Below are positions 42,083 through 52,901 of a stretch of DNA of 64,000 bases, piece by piece (position 1 is the stretch's first letter; each line of letters begins with the position of its first letter). Source of the stretch: Escherichia coli (GTDB lineage Bacteria; Pseudomonadota; Gammaproteobacteria; Enterobacterales; Enterobacteriaceae). The stretch lies in NCBI RefSeq assembly GCF_017348835.2, contig NZ_CP071375.1; one strand, written 5' to 3'. The translations under genes and the position numbers were made by a program. The notes beneath the pieces are model-generated. The model was not told where the DNA came from. It did no database searches and worked only from the letters and a program-made list of their open reading frames with translations.

Positions 42083-42182
42083 TTTCGACAGGTCCTCAGA
42101 TGGGAATGATGACGGTGATACACAGAAAAGAATCAATGAGCAATGAGGGTTGCCAAGCAACCCTCATTGAATAAAACAGGAA

Positions 42183-42512
42183 TTACTTCGCTTCGCCGTT
42201 TTTCATTTCGCCCATAGCTTTCAGCTTTTTGGAGATATCACGGCGTTCTTTGGAGAGCTCGGCATTTTTGATGATGTAATCGTCAACACGATCTTCATAG
42301 TCACCTTTCATGCTAGCGATGATGCCCTGGATTGCTTCAACGCTCATCCCCGGCTTGATGTAATCACTCAGGTTGTCCAGCAGCAGGACGCGCTTCTGGT
42401 TGTCACGGATCTTTTTCTCAACGTCCTGAATTTCACGTTGCAGTTTGTTCTTACGACGGAACAGGCGAACAAATTCCAGTACGTCCTGGAATGAAGGCTT
42501 GGTAGTTTCCAT
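42183..42512 (-). CDS. yeeX: DUF496-family protein
   Basis: Product from the internal Met ([14 protein letters not shown]...), about 109 aa. Confidence 0.85.
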   Translation of the reverse strand: METTKPSFQDVLEFVRLFRRKNKLQREIQDVEKKIRDNQKRVLLLDNLSDYIKPGMSVEAIQGIIASMKGDYEDRVDDYIIKNAELSKERRDISKKLKAMGEMKNGEAK

Positions 42513-42683
42513 TTTTATACCCCTGATAATGTGAGAGTCGGATTCGTTTAAGCAACCGCTATTCGTTAGGGCCAACATTACTCATAGCTGCCGCAGATGA
42601 CAATGCTTTTATCCCTTTTCACTATCATACCCTTTATCCTTGCTGAATCGAAGCAGCAGCAAGATGATTCTGAAGTTCAGGAA

Positions 42684-43742
42684 TTATTTGCGCAAGGCCC
42701 GGCAAATCAGATTCGATAGCAACTCAAGCTGATGTGCCGTTTCCATGTTCAGCCACACATAACCATAGATTGGTGTTTCCACAACCTTCAGGTCATGGTG
42801 GTTATTGAGCAACTGACGCAGCTCTTCCACAGCATCGTTCAATTTTTCCGTATTAGCAAAAACCGGCTGAGGATTACCTTCGTACAGAGCATGAACAAGG
42901 CTCAGCAGTATTTGCTGCATCATGTGCTGGGTATCACGAAGTTTTTGCGCGTTCAATAACACGAAATGGCTGGGGCGCGTGGCCCAGTATGCATTGATTT
43001 GCAACTCCAGCATACAAACCAGATTGCGGTTAATGGTCTGGATACCTTCATATATCGATTTTGGAATACGGGTTTCTTTGCTGGCGGGCGCAATCAGCCC
43101 ACGCATTTTTACGGCATCGGTCAAGAGTTTTTGTAGATGGCTTTCCAGACGTGGGCGTTCGAGTAAGTTCGGTGAGAATGCAGATTGATAGACCCGATTA
43201 TACTCGGTCAGACTTTTCGCCAGTTGAATACGCCAGTGGATGAACGCCCGTTGTGGCCAGATACCGGTAAACAACATTGCCAGTAAAGAGCCGAGGATCA
43301 CATCGCCGCTTCGCCATAACGCCGTATCAATTTCACCTGTCGGGGACCCCACAACAATTGCCAGCGTCACCCCAATCAATAAACCTTGATACGGTTTCTT
43401 GCCCAGCGCCAGCCAACCGCAAAGGAACATGGCCGCCGCGCACCAGACTAACATCAGCGGTAACGAGATTAACTCCAGTTGCAGAGCGATAAGACCTAAA
43501 ATCGAACCCAACACCGTACCGCCAATACGCTCAAAGGCGCGAGGGACAACGTTACCCCAGAACGAGATTGGCCCCATAATCACCACCATGGTGACCAGCG
43601 GCCAGGTGCTTTCCGGGATAGTAAACAGGCGGATAATGAGAAAAGTGAGCAGGAATGCCAGCGCGACCCGAGTACCATGCACAATGCGGTAATGGCGGTA
43701 TACCCGGATTTCAAACGGGCTTAATGACTTATCGGCACGCAC
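42684..43742 (-). CDS. yeeA: Inner-membrane protein, FUSC/aromatic acid exporter-like
   Basis: 352-aa membrane protein in the conserved position. Confidence 0.85.
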   Translation of the reverse strand: MRADKSLSPFEIRVYRHYRIVHGTRVALAFLLTFLIIRLFTIPESTWPLVTMVVIMGPISFWGNVVPRAFERIGGTVLGSILGLIALQLELISLPLMLVWCAAAMFLCGWLALGKKPYQGLLIGVTLAIVVGSPTGEIDTALWRSGDVILGSLLAMLFTGIWPQRAFIHWRIQLAKSLTEYNRVYQSAFSPNLLERPRLESHLQKLLTDAVKMRGLIAPASKETRIPKSIYEGIQTINRNLVCMLELQINAYWATRPSHFVLLNAQKLRDTQHMMQQILLSLVHALYEGNPQPVFANTEKLNDAVEELRQLLNNHHDLKVVETPIYGYVWLNMETAHQLELLSNLICRALRK

Positions 43743-43939
43743 GCAGAAACTCCGTAATGAAGATTAAAAGCGCTCATAACTCATCTGTCGGCCAGAAGGC
43801 GCGCCTCTGAATTATCCGACGGACAAACCGGGAACAGTGTAATTTCCCGGCAGGAGCGAAAAAATTGAAAGGCGCATCTTACTCTTTTCGCTTTCAAAAA
43901 AAGAGTGGTCATCGCGTTAACACACCGCCCTGAGATGAA

Positions 43940-44413
43940 TTAGTGATGTTTTGGCTGCACCGCAACATACATTTCGATATCCCAGTACCCATCTTCCGCG
44001 CCATTGTTCAAATAAACCTCGAAGCAGGGCTTTGGTAACATTTCATAAGCACTGTCCTGCAAGAGGCTATTAAAGAACTGATACCAGGGTTTAGCAAAAT
44101 CATCACCGACTACACGAGCTACCGCCACCGCATACTGACCACCTGAAATTTCTGTCAGAATGACGCCCTCACTGTTTTCGGGAAGCGTAAAGTAACCCGG
44201 CACCGTCACGACGGTGTCGCAGCGTAATTTTTCGGCGGGTGTTTCATCTGGATTGTCGTAATAGACAGCAACCCACTCCTTCGGCACAATATTTTTACTA
44301 TCTACCCACATCATCAACTGCTCAAAACCTTTCTTTACCGTCTGTTCCCAGGGGCCAACGAGATGGAAACCTGCAACGGTACGTTTATCTTCCTGCTTAA
44401 TCTCGTAGTTCAT
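43940..44413 (-). CDS. sbmC: DNA gyrase inhibitor
   Basis: 157 aa, GyrI-like sequence. Confidence 0.9.
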   Translation of the reverse strand: MNYEIKQEDKRTVAGFHLVGPWEQTVKKGFEQLMMWVDSKNIVPKEWVAVYYDNPDETPAEKLRCDTVVTVPGYFTLPENSEGVILTEISGGQYAVAVARVVGDDFAKPWYQFFNSLLQDSAYEMLPKPCFEVYLNNGAEDGYWDIEMYVAVQPKHH

Positions 44414-44531
44414 GACGCCTCCATTAATACTGTTTTTATATACAGTATAGTTGCAATATTAAAACCACAAGGAATGAGTGTTGATTATGCGAGCAGACTC
44501 GCACTCCTGCCAGTCTGCTGCAAAAGAAAGG

Positions 44532-45704
44532 TCAGGCCTTATGGTGGAAATAATCACTCAGGCGAGAAAACATGCTGCCTTCCCCGACAGATTCCAGGGT
44601 AACCAGAGGCCAGTGCGCCACCTGTTTATCACGGTCGTAAAGTTCAATTTCCCCTACCCGCTGATGGGCGCTAATTGGCGCGGTGAGCTCTTTACCATCA
44701 AGGGTATATTTGGCTTTGATATGTGGAATTTCGGCTTTCGGTAGTACCATCCAGAACTCTTGTTCTGTTCCCAGGGCGATATTTTCTTTATCGCCATACC
44801 AGATGCGTTCCGTACCGACCTTTTTCCCACGGTGCAAAATTTGCACCGTAGTAAAGTTTTGTTGCCCCCAACGCAGTAATTTTCTTGCCTCTTCCTCACG
44901 ACCTTTTGCGCTGTCAGCCCCCATTACCACTGCAATGAGACGACGCTGCCCATCTACAGCCGAAGCAATGAGATTAAACCCGGCACCAGAAGTATGACCC
45001 GTTTTCAGGCCGTCAATATTCATGGTTTTATCCCACAATAACCCGTTACGGTTTTGCTGGGTGATACCGTTCCAGGTGAGGCTTTTCTCACTGTACATAT
45101 GATAAAACTCGGGCTCGCCGTGGATGATAGCGCGAGAAAGCACAGCTAAATCATAAGCCGAGCTATGCTGGCCAGGTGCATCCAGACCATGCACTGTTTC
45201 AAAATGCGTATCCTTGAGATGCAGCTTCTCGGCATAGTTGTTCATCATTTCAACAAACTGCCGTTGCCCACCGGCAATATAGTCAGCCAGAGCAACACAA
45301 GCGTCATTTCCGGAATCAACAATTAAACCACGGCTTAAATCACGTACCGATACGCGATCGCCCTCTTTCAAAAACATCAGTGAAGAACCGACAAACACCG
45401 GATTATCTTTCGCCCACGCATCGCGCCCCACGGTGACAATATCGTCTGGCGTAATGCGATGACTATCGATAGCGCGATCCACGACATAACCCGTCATCAG
45501 CTTTGTCAGGCTGGCGGGATTGCGCTGTTGATGCTCATTACCCGCGGTGAGGATCTGTCCGGTGGTGTAATCCATCAGTACCCAGGACCCGGCATGAATC
45601 TCTGGAGGCTGAGGTGAAAAAGGAATGTTTTCCGCCGCAAAACCAGACGATAAGTTAAAAACGAACAAAGAAGCAGCAATAATAAGACGGCGTTTCAACA
45701 GCAA
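44532..45704 (-). CDS. dacD: D-alanyl-D-alanine carboxypeptidase (PBP6b)
   Basis: 390-aa ORF with signal peptide and SxxK-type PBP5/6 sequence. Confidence 0.9.
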   Translation of the reverse strand: MLLKRRLIIAASLFVFNLSSGFAAENIPFSPQPPEIHAGSWVLMDYTTGQILTAGNEHQQRNPASLTKLMTGYVVDRAIDSHRITPDDIVTVGRDAWAKDNPVFVGSSLMFLKEGDRVSVRDLSRGLIVDSGNDACVALADYIAGGQRQFVEMMNNYAEKLHLKDTHFETVHGLDAPGQHSSAYDLAVLSRAIIHGEPEFYHMYSEKSLTWNGITQQNRNGLLWDKTMNIDGLKTGHTSGAGFNLIASAVDGQRRLIAVVMGADSAKGREEEARKLLRWGQQNFTTVQILHRGKKVGTERIWYGDKENIALGTEQEFWMVLPKAEIPHIKAKYTLDGKELTAPISAHQRVGEIELYDRDKQVAHWPLVTLESVGEGSMFSRLSDYFHHKA

Positions 45705-45906
45705 ACCCTCAGGAGTTTCAAATAGCTGTTCTTTTTACGGAAATACTTATGAACTGGCTGGAATAAAGTGCAAGAAAATGTGACCACCCTCTCATTTTTA
45801 TCTGACATGATCTGTTGCCACTCGCTGTCAAATTGTCGCGCTAAAGCTGATTAGCACGGTGATATTTGATACTCTGGCAGACAGCAGAAATAACGGATTT
45901 AATCTA

Positions 45907-47334
45907 ATGATGAATGACGGTAAGCAACAATCTACCTTTTTGTTTCACGATTACGAAACCTTTGGCACGCACCCCGCGTTAGATCGCCCTGCACAGTTCG
46001 CAGCCATTCGCACCGATAGCGAATTCAATGTCATCGGCGAACCCGAAGTCTTTTACTGCAAGCCCGCAGATGACTATTTACCCCAGCCCGGAGCAGTATT
46101 AATTACCGGTATTACCCCGCAGGAAGCACGGGCGAAAGGAGAAAACGAAGCCGCGTTTGCCGCCCGTATTCACTCGCTTTTTACCGTACCGAAGACCTGT
46201 ATTCTGGGCTACAACAATGTGCGTTTCGACGACGAAGTCACACGCAACGTTTTTTATCGTAATTTCTACGATCCTTACGCCTGGAGCTGGCAGCATGATA
46301 ACTCGCGCTGGGATTTACTGGATGTTATGCGTGCCTGTTATGCCCTGCGCCCGGAAGGAATAAACTGGCCTGAAAATAATGACGGTCTACCGAGCTTTCG
46401 CCTTGAGCATTTAACCAAAGCGAATGGAATTGAACATAGCAACGCCCACGATGCGATGGCTGATGTGTACGCCACTATTGCGATGGCGAAACTGGTAAAA
46501 ACGCGTCAGCCACGTCTGTTTGAATATCTCTTTACCCATCGTAATAAACACAAACTGATGGCGTTGATTGATGTTCCGCAGATGAAACCCCTGGTTCACG
46601 TTTCCGGAATGTTTGGGGCATGGCGCGGCAATACCAGCTGGGTGGCACCGCTGGCGTGGCATCCTGAAAATCGCAATGCCGTAATTATGGTGGATTTGGC
46701 AGGAGACATTTCGCCATTACTGGAACTGGATAGCGACACATTGCGCGAGCGTTTATATACCGCAAAAACCGATCTTGGCGATAACGCCGCCGTTCCGGTT
46801 AAGCTGGTGCATATCAATAAATGTCCGGTGCTGGCCCAGGCGAATACGCTACGCCCGGAAGATGCCGACCGACTGGGAATTAATCGTCAGCATTGCCTCG
46901 ATAACCTGAAAATTCTGCGTGAAAATCCGCAAGTGCGCGAAAAAGTGGTGGCGATATTCGCGGAAGCCGAACCGTTTACGCCTTCAGATAACGTGGATGC
47001 ACAGCTTTATAACGGCTTTTTCAGTGACGCCGATCGTGCAGCAATGAAAATTGTGCTGGAAACCGAGCCGCGTAATTTACCGGCACTGGATATCACTTTT
47101 GTTGATAAACGGATTGAAAAGCTGTTGTTCAATTATCGGGCACGCAACTTCCCAGGGACGCTGGATTATGCCGAGCAGCAACGTTGGCTGGAGCACCGCC
47201 GCCAGGTATTCACACCCGAGTTTTTACAAGGCTATGCAGAAGAGATTCAGATGCTGGCGCAGCAGTATGCCGACGATAAAGAAAAAGTGGCGCTGTTAAA
47301 AGCGCTTTGGCAGTACGCGGAAGAGATCGTCTAG
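45907..47334 (+). CDS. sbcB: Exodeoxyribonuclease I
   Basis: 475 aa from ATG at 45907 (MMNDGKQQSTFLFHDYETFG...). Confidence 0.9.
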   Translation: MMNDGKQQSTFLFHDYETFGTHPALDRPAQFAAIRTDSEFNVIGEPEVFYCKPADDYLPQPGAVLITGITPQEARAKGENEAAFAARIHSLFTVPKTCILGYNNVRFDDEVTRNVFYRNFYDPYAWSWQHDNSRWDLLDVMRACYALRPEGINWPENNDGLPSFRLEHLTKANGIEHSNAHDAMADVYATIAMAKLVKTRQPRLFEYLFTHRNKHKLMALIDVPQMKPLVHVSGMFGAWRGNTSWVAPLAWHPENRNAVIMVDLAGDISPLLELDSDTLRERLYTAKTDLGDNAAVPVKLVHINKCPVLAQANTLRPEDADRLGINRQHCLDNLKILRENPQVREKVVAIFAEAEPFTPSDNVDAQLYNGFFSDADRAAMKIVLETEPRNLPALDITFVDKRIEKLLFNYRARNFPGTLDYAEQQRWLEHRRQVFTPEFLQGYAEEIQMLAQQYADDKEKVALLKALWQYAEEIV

Positions 47335-47376
47335 TTTGAAGCCTCCGCCGCTGATACGGCGGAGGACAATGTTGGG

Positions 47377-47604
47377 TCAGGCTTTTTGAACGGTGATGCT
47401 CCACGCAGCATCGCCAATCTGCTGATAATCGGTGATGGCATGTCCTTCTTCTGCCGCCCACTGTGGGATTGCTTCTGTTGCCTGGGTGCAATCAAACTCA
47501 ATTACCAACTCATCGCCGCTGGCCATTTCTGCCAGTGCTGCCTTTGCTTCTATGAGTGGAAACGGACAGACCTGCGTCACCACATCCAGCTTTTTAATCG
47601 CCAT
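47377..47604 (-). CDS. yeeD: TusA-like sulfurtransferase
   Basis: 75 aa with the TusA-type Cys motif (TQVCPFP). Confidence 0.85.
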   Translation of the reverse strand: MAIKKLDVVTQVCPFPLIEAKAALAEMASGDELVIEFDCTQATEAIPQWAAEEGHAITDYQQIGDAAWSITVQKA

Positions 47605-47617
47605 CTTTACACCTTAC

Positions 47618-48676
47618 TTAATTTGCCGCAGCAGTTGCCAGTCGCGCCTTACGCTGCGGTCGAACATACACAAGCCAGGACGCAGTCCAGACTCCGAGAA
47701 TCATAAATACAAGGCCAATCCAGCCCTGCCAGGTCATCATTGCAGTCATAACTAGTCCATTACCGATAGAGCAACCACCTGCAATACTGGCACCGAAGCC
47801 CATCAGTACACCACCTAACCCGCTACGTAATGTTGTTTGTGCATCAGCTGCGCGAACGCGGAACTCACGGCTCGCTTTGGCTGCAATAAATGACCCCACG
47901 AAGATCCCTAACACCAGAAAAACGCCCCAGTTAATGTATTTCACGTCACCCGCGACCAGAAATTGCAGAATATTGGCCGTTGGGGAAGTGATTCCTAACC
48001 CAAACATGCGTCCGGTTGCTTCACTCAGTGGCCAGGCTAAAAGCGCAATCAAACCGATGAGTACAGCAGTGACAAAGGGATGCCAGCGTTTTTCAAACAG
48101 AATATGAGCGATCCCGGTTCGGCGCGGCGGTAAGGTCGCGACTTTGAGTTTTGGCTTCTTCAACTCTTTCATCACCACCCAGAGCGTTATCACCAGCAAA
48201 ACGGCAACCAACGGCCACACAGACAAATTAAAAGTCTCAGCAATAGAGTTATGTTCAGTACTGTAGTGCTGCAAGGTTTGATTTAAACCACTGGCATGTG
48301 GAGAACGCATCACCGCACTCATCACCATATAAGTGAAAAGCGCGATCCAACTGCCGATCAATCCCTCACCCGCGCGATACCAGGTCCCGGTGGCACATCC
48401 ACCCGCCAGAACAATTCCCAGCCCGAAGATATACCCACCTATAACAGTACCAAGCCACGGGAACGCCCCGGCTTCGTAAGTCAGTAGGCCCGCCTGAATT
48501 AACGCAAAAACCCCCACGCTTTGTACCGAAATTGCAATCAGCAAGGCGTAAAACATGCGATTATTTTTCGCGATATACATATCGCGAAAACCACCTGTCA
48601 GGCAAAAACGCCCACGCTGCATGACAAATCCCAGCAGAGCACCACAAATTAGCCCGCTTAATATCATTGAAAACAT
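47618..48676 (-). CDS. yeeE: Putative thiosulfate/sulfur-compound transporter
   Basis: 352-aa polytopic membrane protein upstream of yeeD. Confidence 0.85.
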   Translation of the reverse strand: MFSMILSGLICGALLGFVMQRGRFCLTGGFRDMYIAKNNRMFYALLIAISVQSVGVFALIQAGLLTYEAGAFPWLGTVIGGYIFGLGIVLAGGCATGTWYRAGEGLIGSWIALFTYMVMSAVMRSPHASGLNQTLQHYSTEHNSIAETFNLSVWPLVAVLLVITLWVVMKELKKPKLKVATLPPRRTGIAHILFEKRWHPFVTAVLIGLIALLAWPLSEATGRMFGLGITSPTANILQFLVAGDVKYINWGVFLVLGIFVGSFIAAKASREFRVRAADAQTTLRSGLGGVLMGFGASIAGGCSIGNGLVMTAMMTWQGWIGLVFMILGVWTASWLVYVRPQRKARLATAAAN

Positions 48677-48854
48677 AAATTAATTAACCAGATGAATGTT
48701 AATAGGGAAATTATTCATGACTGGTGGAATGCAGACCAATAACCAAATTCTCTAAATTAGAACAAATGGTTATTAATGAGGATTTCGATAAAAAAGAATA
48801 AAAAAACCGGAGCCAAATATTCATTCGACTCCGGTTTATTATTAGAAAAGATGA

Positions 48855-50219
48855 TTATGCAACGTCTTCGTACTGCGGAACCGGGTTACGGAAGCTCTTG
48901 GTGACGCAAGCCAGGTAAATCAGGCCGATAGCCGCCCAGATCAGACCCAGAACCATTGAGCTTTCTTCCAGGTTAACCCACAGCGCACCAACGGTCAGCG
49001 CACCACACATCGGCAGGAACAGATACTGGAAGTGATCTTTCAGCGTCTTATTACGCTTCTCACGGATCCAGAACTGCGAGATGACCGACAGGTTAACGAA
49101 GGTGAACGCCACCAACGCACCAAAGTTAATCAGCGCCGTAGCCATTACCAGGTCGAAGTTGATTGCCAGCAAGGCAATCGCGCCAACCAGGATGATGTTC
49201 ATTGCCGGAGTACGCCATTTCGGGTGTACATAACCGAAGAAGCTTTTCGGGAATACGCCGTCACGACCCATTACGTACATCAGACGCGCTACGCCTGCGT
49301 GCGCCGCCATACCGGACGCCAGTACGGTAATGGTGGAGAAGATCAGCGCGCCAACCTGGAACGCTTTACCCGCAACATACAGCATGATTTCAGGCTGTGA
49401 CGCATCCGGATCTTTAAAGCGAGAGATATCCGGGAAGTACAGCTGCAGGAAGTAAGTTGCAAAGATGAAGATCATGCCGCCAATCAGCGCGGTCAGGAAA
49501 ATCGCACGCGGGATCACGCGCTCTGCATCTTTGGTTTCTTCCGACAGATTGCTGATGCCGTCAAAGCCGGTAAAGGAGAAGCACAGGATTGTCGCCCCGG
49601 TAATCATCGGGATAACATGCGCATCGCCAGACCAGAACGGACGAGTGCTCGCCAGCGTACCAGCGCCTTCACCTTCAAATACGCCATAAACAACCATGCC
49701 CAGAATCACCGCGATCAGCACTACCTGCAACACGACGATTACAGTGTTGAAGTTCGCTACGGATTTCAGACTACGCAGGTTAAAGGCGGTCATAAAGGCC
49801 ACCAGCGCCACCACAAACATCCACGATGGGATGGAAGGCACCAGAGCTTCAAAATAGATTTTCGCCAGCAGAATGTTGATCATCGGCGCGAACAGATAGT
49901 CGAGCAGAGAAGACCAACCCACCATAAAGCCGACAGTCGGGCTAATGGATTTCTGGGCGTAAGTATATGCAGAGCCAGCAGAAGGATAGCGGCGAACCAG
50001 CTTCCCGTAGCTAAGAGCCGTAAACAGGATCGCAATCAATGCGAACGCATAGGCTGTCGGCACATGACCATCCGTGAGGCCTGAAACGATACCAAAAGTA
50101 TCAAACAGCGTCATCGGCTGCATATAGGCAAGACCCATCATTACAACCGGAACTAACGTAAGCGTTTTACGCAATTCCACGCGAGAGGTGTTTGGAGTAA
50201 CGTTATGCGACATGGTCAT
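48855..50219 (-). CDS. plaP: Putrescine importer (APC family)
   Basis: 454-aa amino-acid/polyamine permease in the yeeF position. Confidence 0.85.
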   Translation of the reverse strand: MTMSHNVTPNTSRVELRKTLTLVPVVMMGLAYMQPMTLFDTFGIVSGLTDGHVPTAYAFALIAILFTALSYGKLVRRYPSAGSAYTYAQKSISPTVGFMVGWSSLLDYLFAPMINILLAKIYFEALVPSIPSWMFVVALVAFMTAFNLRSLKSVANFNTVIVVLQVVLIAVILGMVVYGVFEGEGAGTLASTRPFWSGDAHVIPMITGATILCFSFTGFDGISNLSEETKDAERVIPRAIFLTALIGGMIFIFATYFLQLYFPDISRFKDPDASQPEIMLYVAGKAFQVGALIFSTITVLASGMAAHAGVARLMYVMGRDGVFPKSFFGYVHPKWRTPAMNIILVGAIALLAINFDLVMATALINFGALVAFTFVNLSVISQFWIREKRNKTLKDHFQYLFLPMCGALTVGALWVNLEESSMVLGLIWAAIGLIYLACVTKSFRNPVPQYEDVA

Positions 50220-50479
50220 TCTCCTTTACGGTGATAACCGTCGCGTAAGCAAAAAATTGCCCCATTTTTTTGGATTCCTCAGCGACAACAACTGTCGATT
50301 TTTAGTAAATATCTATCCGGTACGAAGCCCGGCCTCTTGGTATGAATGATTGGTTTGAAGCAAAAAATAACCGACGCTGATGAAACGTCGGTTTTTAGTC
50401 ATTTTTTGACAGCGGCGCATTGTGCCTAAATGGGGGGGAAATGACAAGAGAATGAGAGGCTTGTCATAATAATTTTTCT

Positions 50480-51409
50480 TTAAATGGCTGATTTTCCGTC
50501 ATCAGATTTTGCATAAACACCGGCGATCGCACTATTTGCTAAAATTTCATCCCGCCACCAGCCGCTGGCAAGCCCTGCGGTCTGTTCATTCCAGCCAATC
50601 CAGACGGGTTCAAAGAGAGTTTGGGCGACCACTTTCTTCTCGATTAACGCGCCACTATCGAGAAAACGTTGCGCCAGATAACGGGGTAAATAGCCGCAGC
50701 CGAGGCCGCTAATTTGCAGCTCCAGCTTGGTTTTAAAATCGAAAACGGTAATGGCTTCTTGTTCGTCGAGAAGTTGTGAGGCCGTAGAAGCGCCGGCCTG
50801 CGCAGTGTCCCCCACCACAATCGCCCGATATCGTTTAATGATACGACGGTTTAACGGTTCTTCTTCCTGGGCTAACGGATGATGAGGCGCGACCGCAAAG
50901 ACTTGTTCCAGATCGCCCAACCGCGAGAAACCAAACTCACTGGAAGATGGTGGCTCATGCATCGCGCCAACAATAATATCCGCTCGCCCCTGAGTCAGGG
51001 CATCCCAGGAACCACCGAGTACGCCATTGATAAACTTCAGGCGCGTCACGCTATGATGTTGATAAAAAGCTTCAATCAGTGGCGCAAGCAGAGAAAAAGG
51101 AAACGTGTCGTCCACGCCAATCACCAGCTCGTTTTCCCAGCCTTCATGCAGTTTGATCGCCTGCTTTTCCAGTTCTCGCACGGTATGCAGAACTTCCCGC
51201 CCCTTCTCTAATAACATTTTTCCGGTACGGGTGAATTTAGCGCGGTGACCGCTACGATCAAGCAATTGAATATTAAGGTCGCTTTCCAGCTTGTGAACGG
51301 TGTAACTCAGAGCGAACGGCGTCTTGTAGAGTTTGGCCGACGCCGCCGCAAAACTGCCTTCTTTTTCTAAGGCATCGAGGATCATCAACACATCCAGCAG
51401 TGGTTTCAT
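50480..51409 (-). CDS. yeeY: LysR-family transcriptional regulator
   Basis: Start placed at MKPLLDVLMILDALEKEG; LysR HTH and substrate-binding domain. Confidence 0.8.
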   Translation of the reverse strand: MKPLLDVLMILDALEKEGSFAAASAKLYKTPFALSYTVHKLESDLNIQLLDRSGHRAKFTRTGKMLLEKGREVLHTVRELEKQAIKLHEGWENELVIGVDDTFPFSLLAPLIEAFYQHHSVTRLKFINGVLGGSWDALTQGRADIIVGAMHEPPSSSEFGFSRLGDLEQVFAVAPHHPLAQEEEPLNRRIIKRYRAIVVGDTAQAGASTASQLLDEQEAITVFDFKTKLELQISGLGCGYLPRYLAQRFLDSGALIEKKVVAQTLFEPVWIGWNEQTAGLASGWWRDEILANSAIAGVYAKSDDGKSAI

Positions 51410-51454
51410 ACACGCCCCCTTGCAGTGCATGCGGCGTCCTGCTGGCGTGATCGT

Positions 51455-52279
51455 TTACTCCAGCGGCATTACCAGCGGATCGGGATACTGGTATTCAAAC
51501 CCCAGTTCATTACAAATCCGACTGCCATCAATAATCTTACCTTTGCCGCTGTCCAGACTATTTCTGAACTGCGGAGGTTCCAGCCCCAGTAAACGGGCCA
51601 TCTGCGGATAGAAAACATTACGCGCAGGGTGAGCTGGCGCACATATATTATAGATGTGTCCGCCTTTAGGTGCCTGTAACAACAGAGTGATAGCGCCAAT
51701 AACATCTTCTAAATGGACTAAATTAACACCATGTTCACCATCAGGCGCGGTTTTTCCGGCAAAGAAGCGTCCGGGATGACGTCCCGGTCCGACCAGGCCC
51801 GCAAGACGCAGAATATCGACCGAAGTACCGGGTAAATTGTGCAGCCAGTCTTCAAGTTCTTCTAATACTCGTCCACTGTTGGTTACCGGATTACGCGGGG
51901 TAGTTTCTTTCACCGTGCCTTGCGCGTCGCCATAGACAGATGTTGAGCTGGTGAAAATAATGCGGGGAATACGATGGGCCAGCGCGCTATCTACTAACTC
52001 TTGTACCGCTTGTAAATAGAACTCATCGCCGGGGCCGCTACGACGGGCCGGAAGCGTAATGACCAGCGCATCGGCATCCATCAGGGCATCCAGATCGTCA
52101 GAATCGCAAACTAACTCAGGCTCCATGCGAAGCAGATAGCTATCAATGCCACTCATTCGGGCCGCTTCGACACCATCTTGTGTGGTTTTACTCCCGGTGA
52201 CTTGCCAGCCTCGCGCTGAAAGTGACATCGCCAGCGGCATGCCTAACCACCCTAACCCGACAATTGCGACCTTTTTCAT
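51455..52279 (-). CDS. yeeZ: NAD-dependent epimerase/dehydratase-family protein
   Basis: 274 aa with Rossmann motif (VAIVGLGWLG). Confidence 0.85.
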   Translation of the reverse strand: MKKVAIVGLGWLGMPLAMSLSARGWQVTGSKTTQDGVEAARMSGIDSYLLRMEPELVCDSDDLDALMDADALVITLPARRSGPGDEFYLQAVQELVDSALAHRIPRIIFTSSTSVYGDAQGTVKETTPRNPVTNSGRVLEELEDWLHNLPGTSVDILRLAGLVGPGRHPGRFFAGKTAPDGEHGVNLVHLEDVIGAITLLLQAPKGGHIYNICAPAHPARNVFYPQMARLLGLEPPQFRNSLDSGKGKIIDGSRICNELGFEYQYPDPLVMPLE

Positions 52280-52383
52280 CCGTTATCTCCTGATACACCT
52301 TAGATCTATAAGGCTACGCTAGCGTATCAAAACTGACAATTCATTCTATGAATGAAATCGAAACTGTTAGCAAATATACAATT

Positions 52384-52412
52384 GCCTGATGCGCTCCGCT
52401 TATCAGCCCTAC
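52384..52412. repeat. REP-like palindromic element
   Basis: gcctgatgcgctccgcttatcagccctac resembles E. coli REP units. Confidence 0.5.
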
Positions 52413-52637
52413 AAAAACATCAATATATTGAATTTAGGCAACATTTGTAGACCAGATAAGGCATTCACGCCGCATCCGGCAGGAACAAAGCCCACTTTAG
52501 TTACAGAACACAATGTTCTTGAGGGTTTTAAAGACATATTTTCACGATTACTTTTCTAACGTAGTCACTCCAGGCCCCCACCTTTCCCCGCTCATTCATT
52601 AAACAAATCCATTGCCATAAAATATATAAAAAAGCCC

Positions 52638-52667
52638 TTGCTTTCTAACGTGAAAGTGGTTTAGGTT
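52638..52667 (+). promoter_or_regulatory. Probable his operon promoter
   Basis: TTGCTT and TAGGTT hexamers at about 17-18 bp spacing upstream of hisL. Confidence 0.5.
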
Positions 52668-52705
52668 AAAAGACATCAGTTAAATAAACATTCACAGAGA
52701 CGTTT

Positions 52706-52756
52706 ATGACACGCGTTCAATTTAAACACCACCATCATCACCATCATCCTGACTAG
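52706..52756 (+). CDS. hisL: his operon leader peptide
   Basis: MTRVQFKHHHHHHHPD with seven consecutive His codons. Confidence 0.95.
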   Translation: MTRVQFKHHHHHHHPD

Positions 52757-52820
52757 TCTTTCAGGCGATGTGTGCTGGAAGACATTCAGATCTTCCAGTG
52801 GTGCATGAACGCATGAGAAA

Positions 52821-52854
52821 GCCCCCGGAAGATCACCTTCCGGGGGCTTTTTTA
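52821..52854 (+). terminator. his attenuator terminator
   Basis: GC-rich hairpin gcccccggaag...cttccgggggc followed by a T-run. Confidence 0.9.
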
Positions 52855-52901
52855 TTGCGCGGTTGATAACGGTTCAGACAGGTTTAAAGAGGAATAAGAA
52901 A

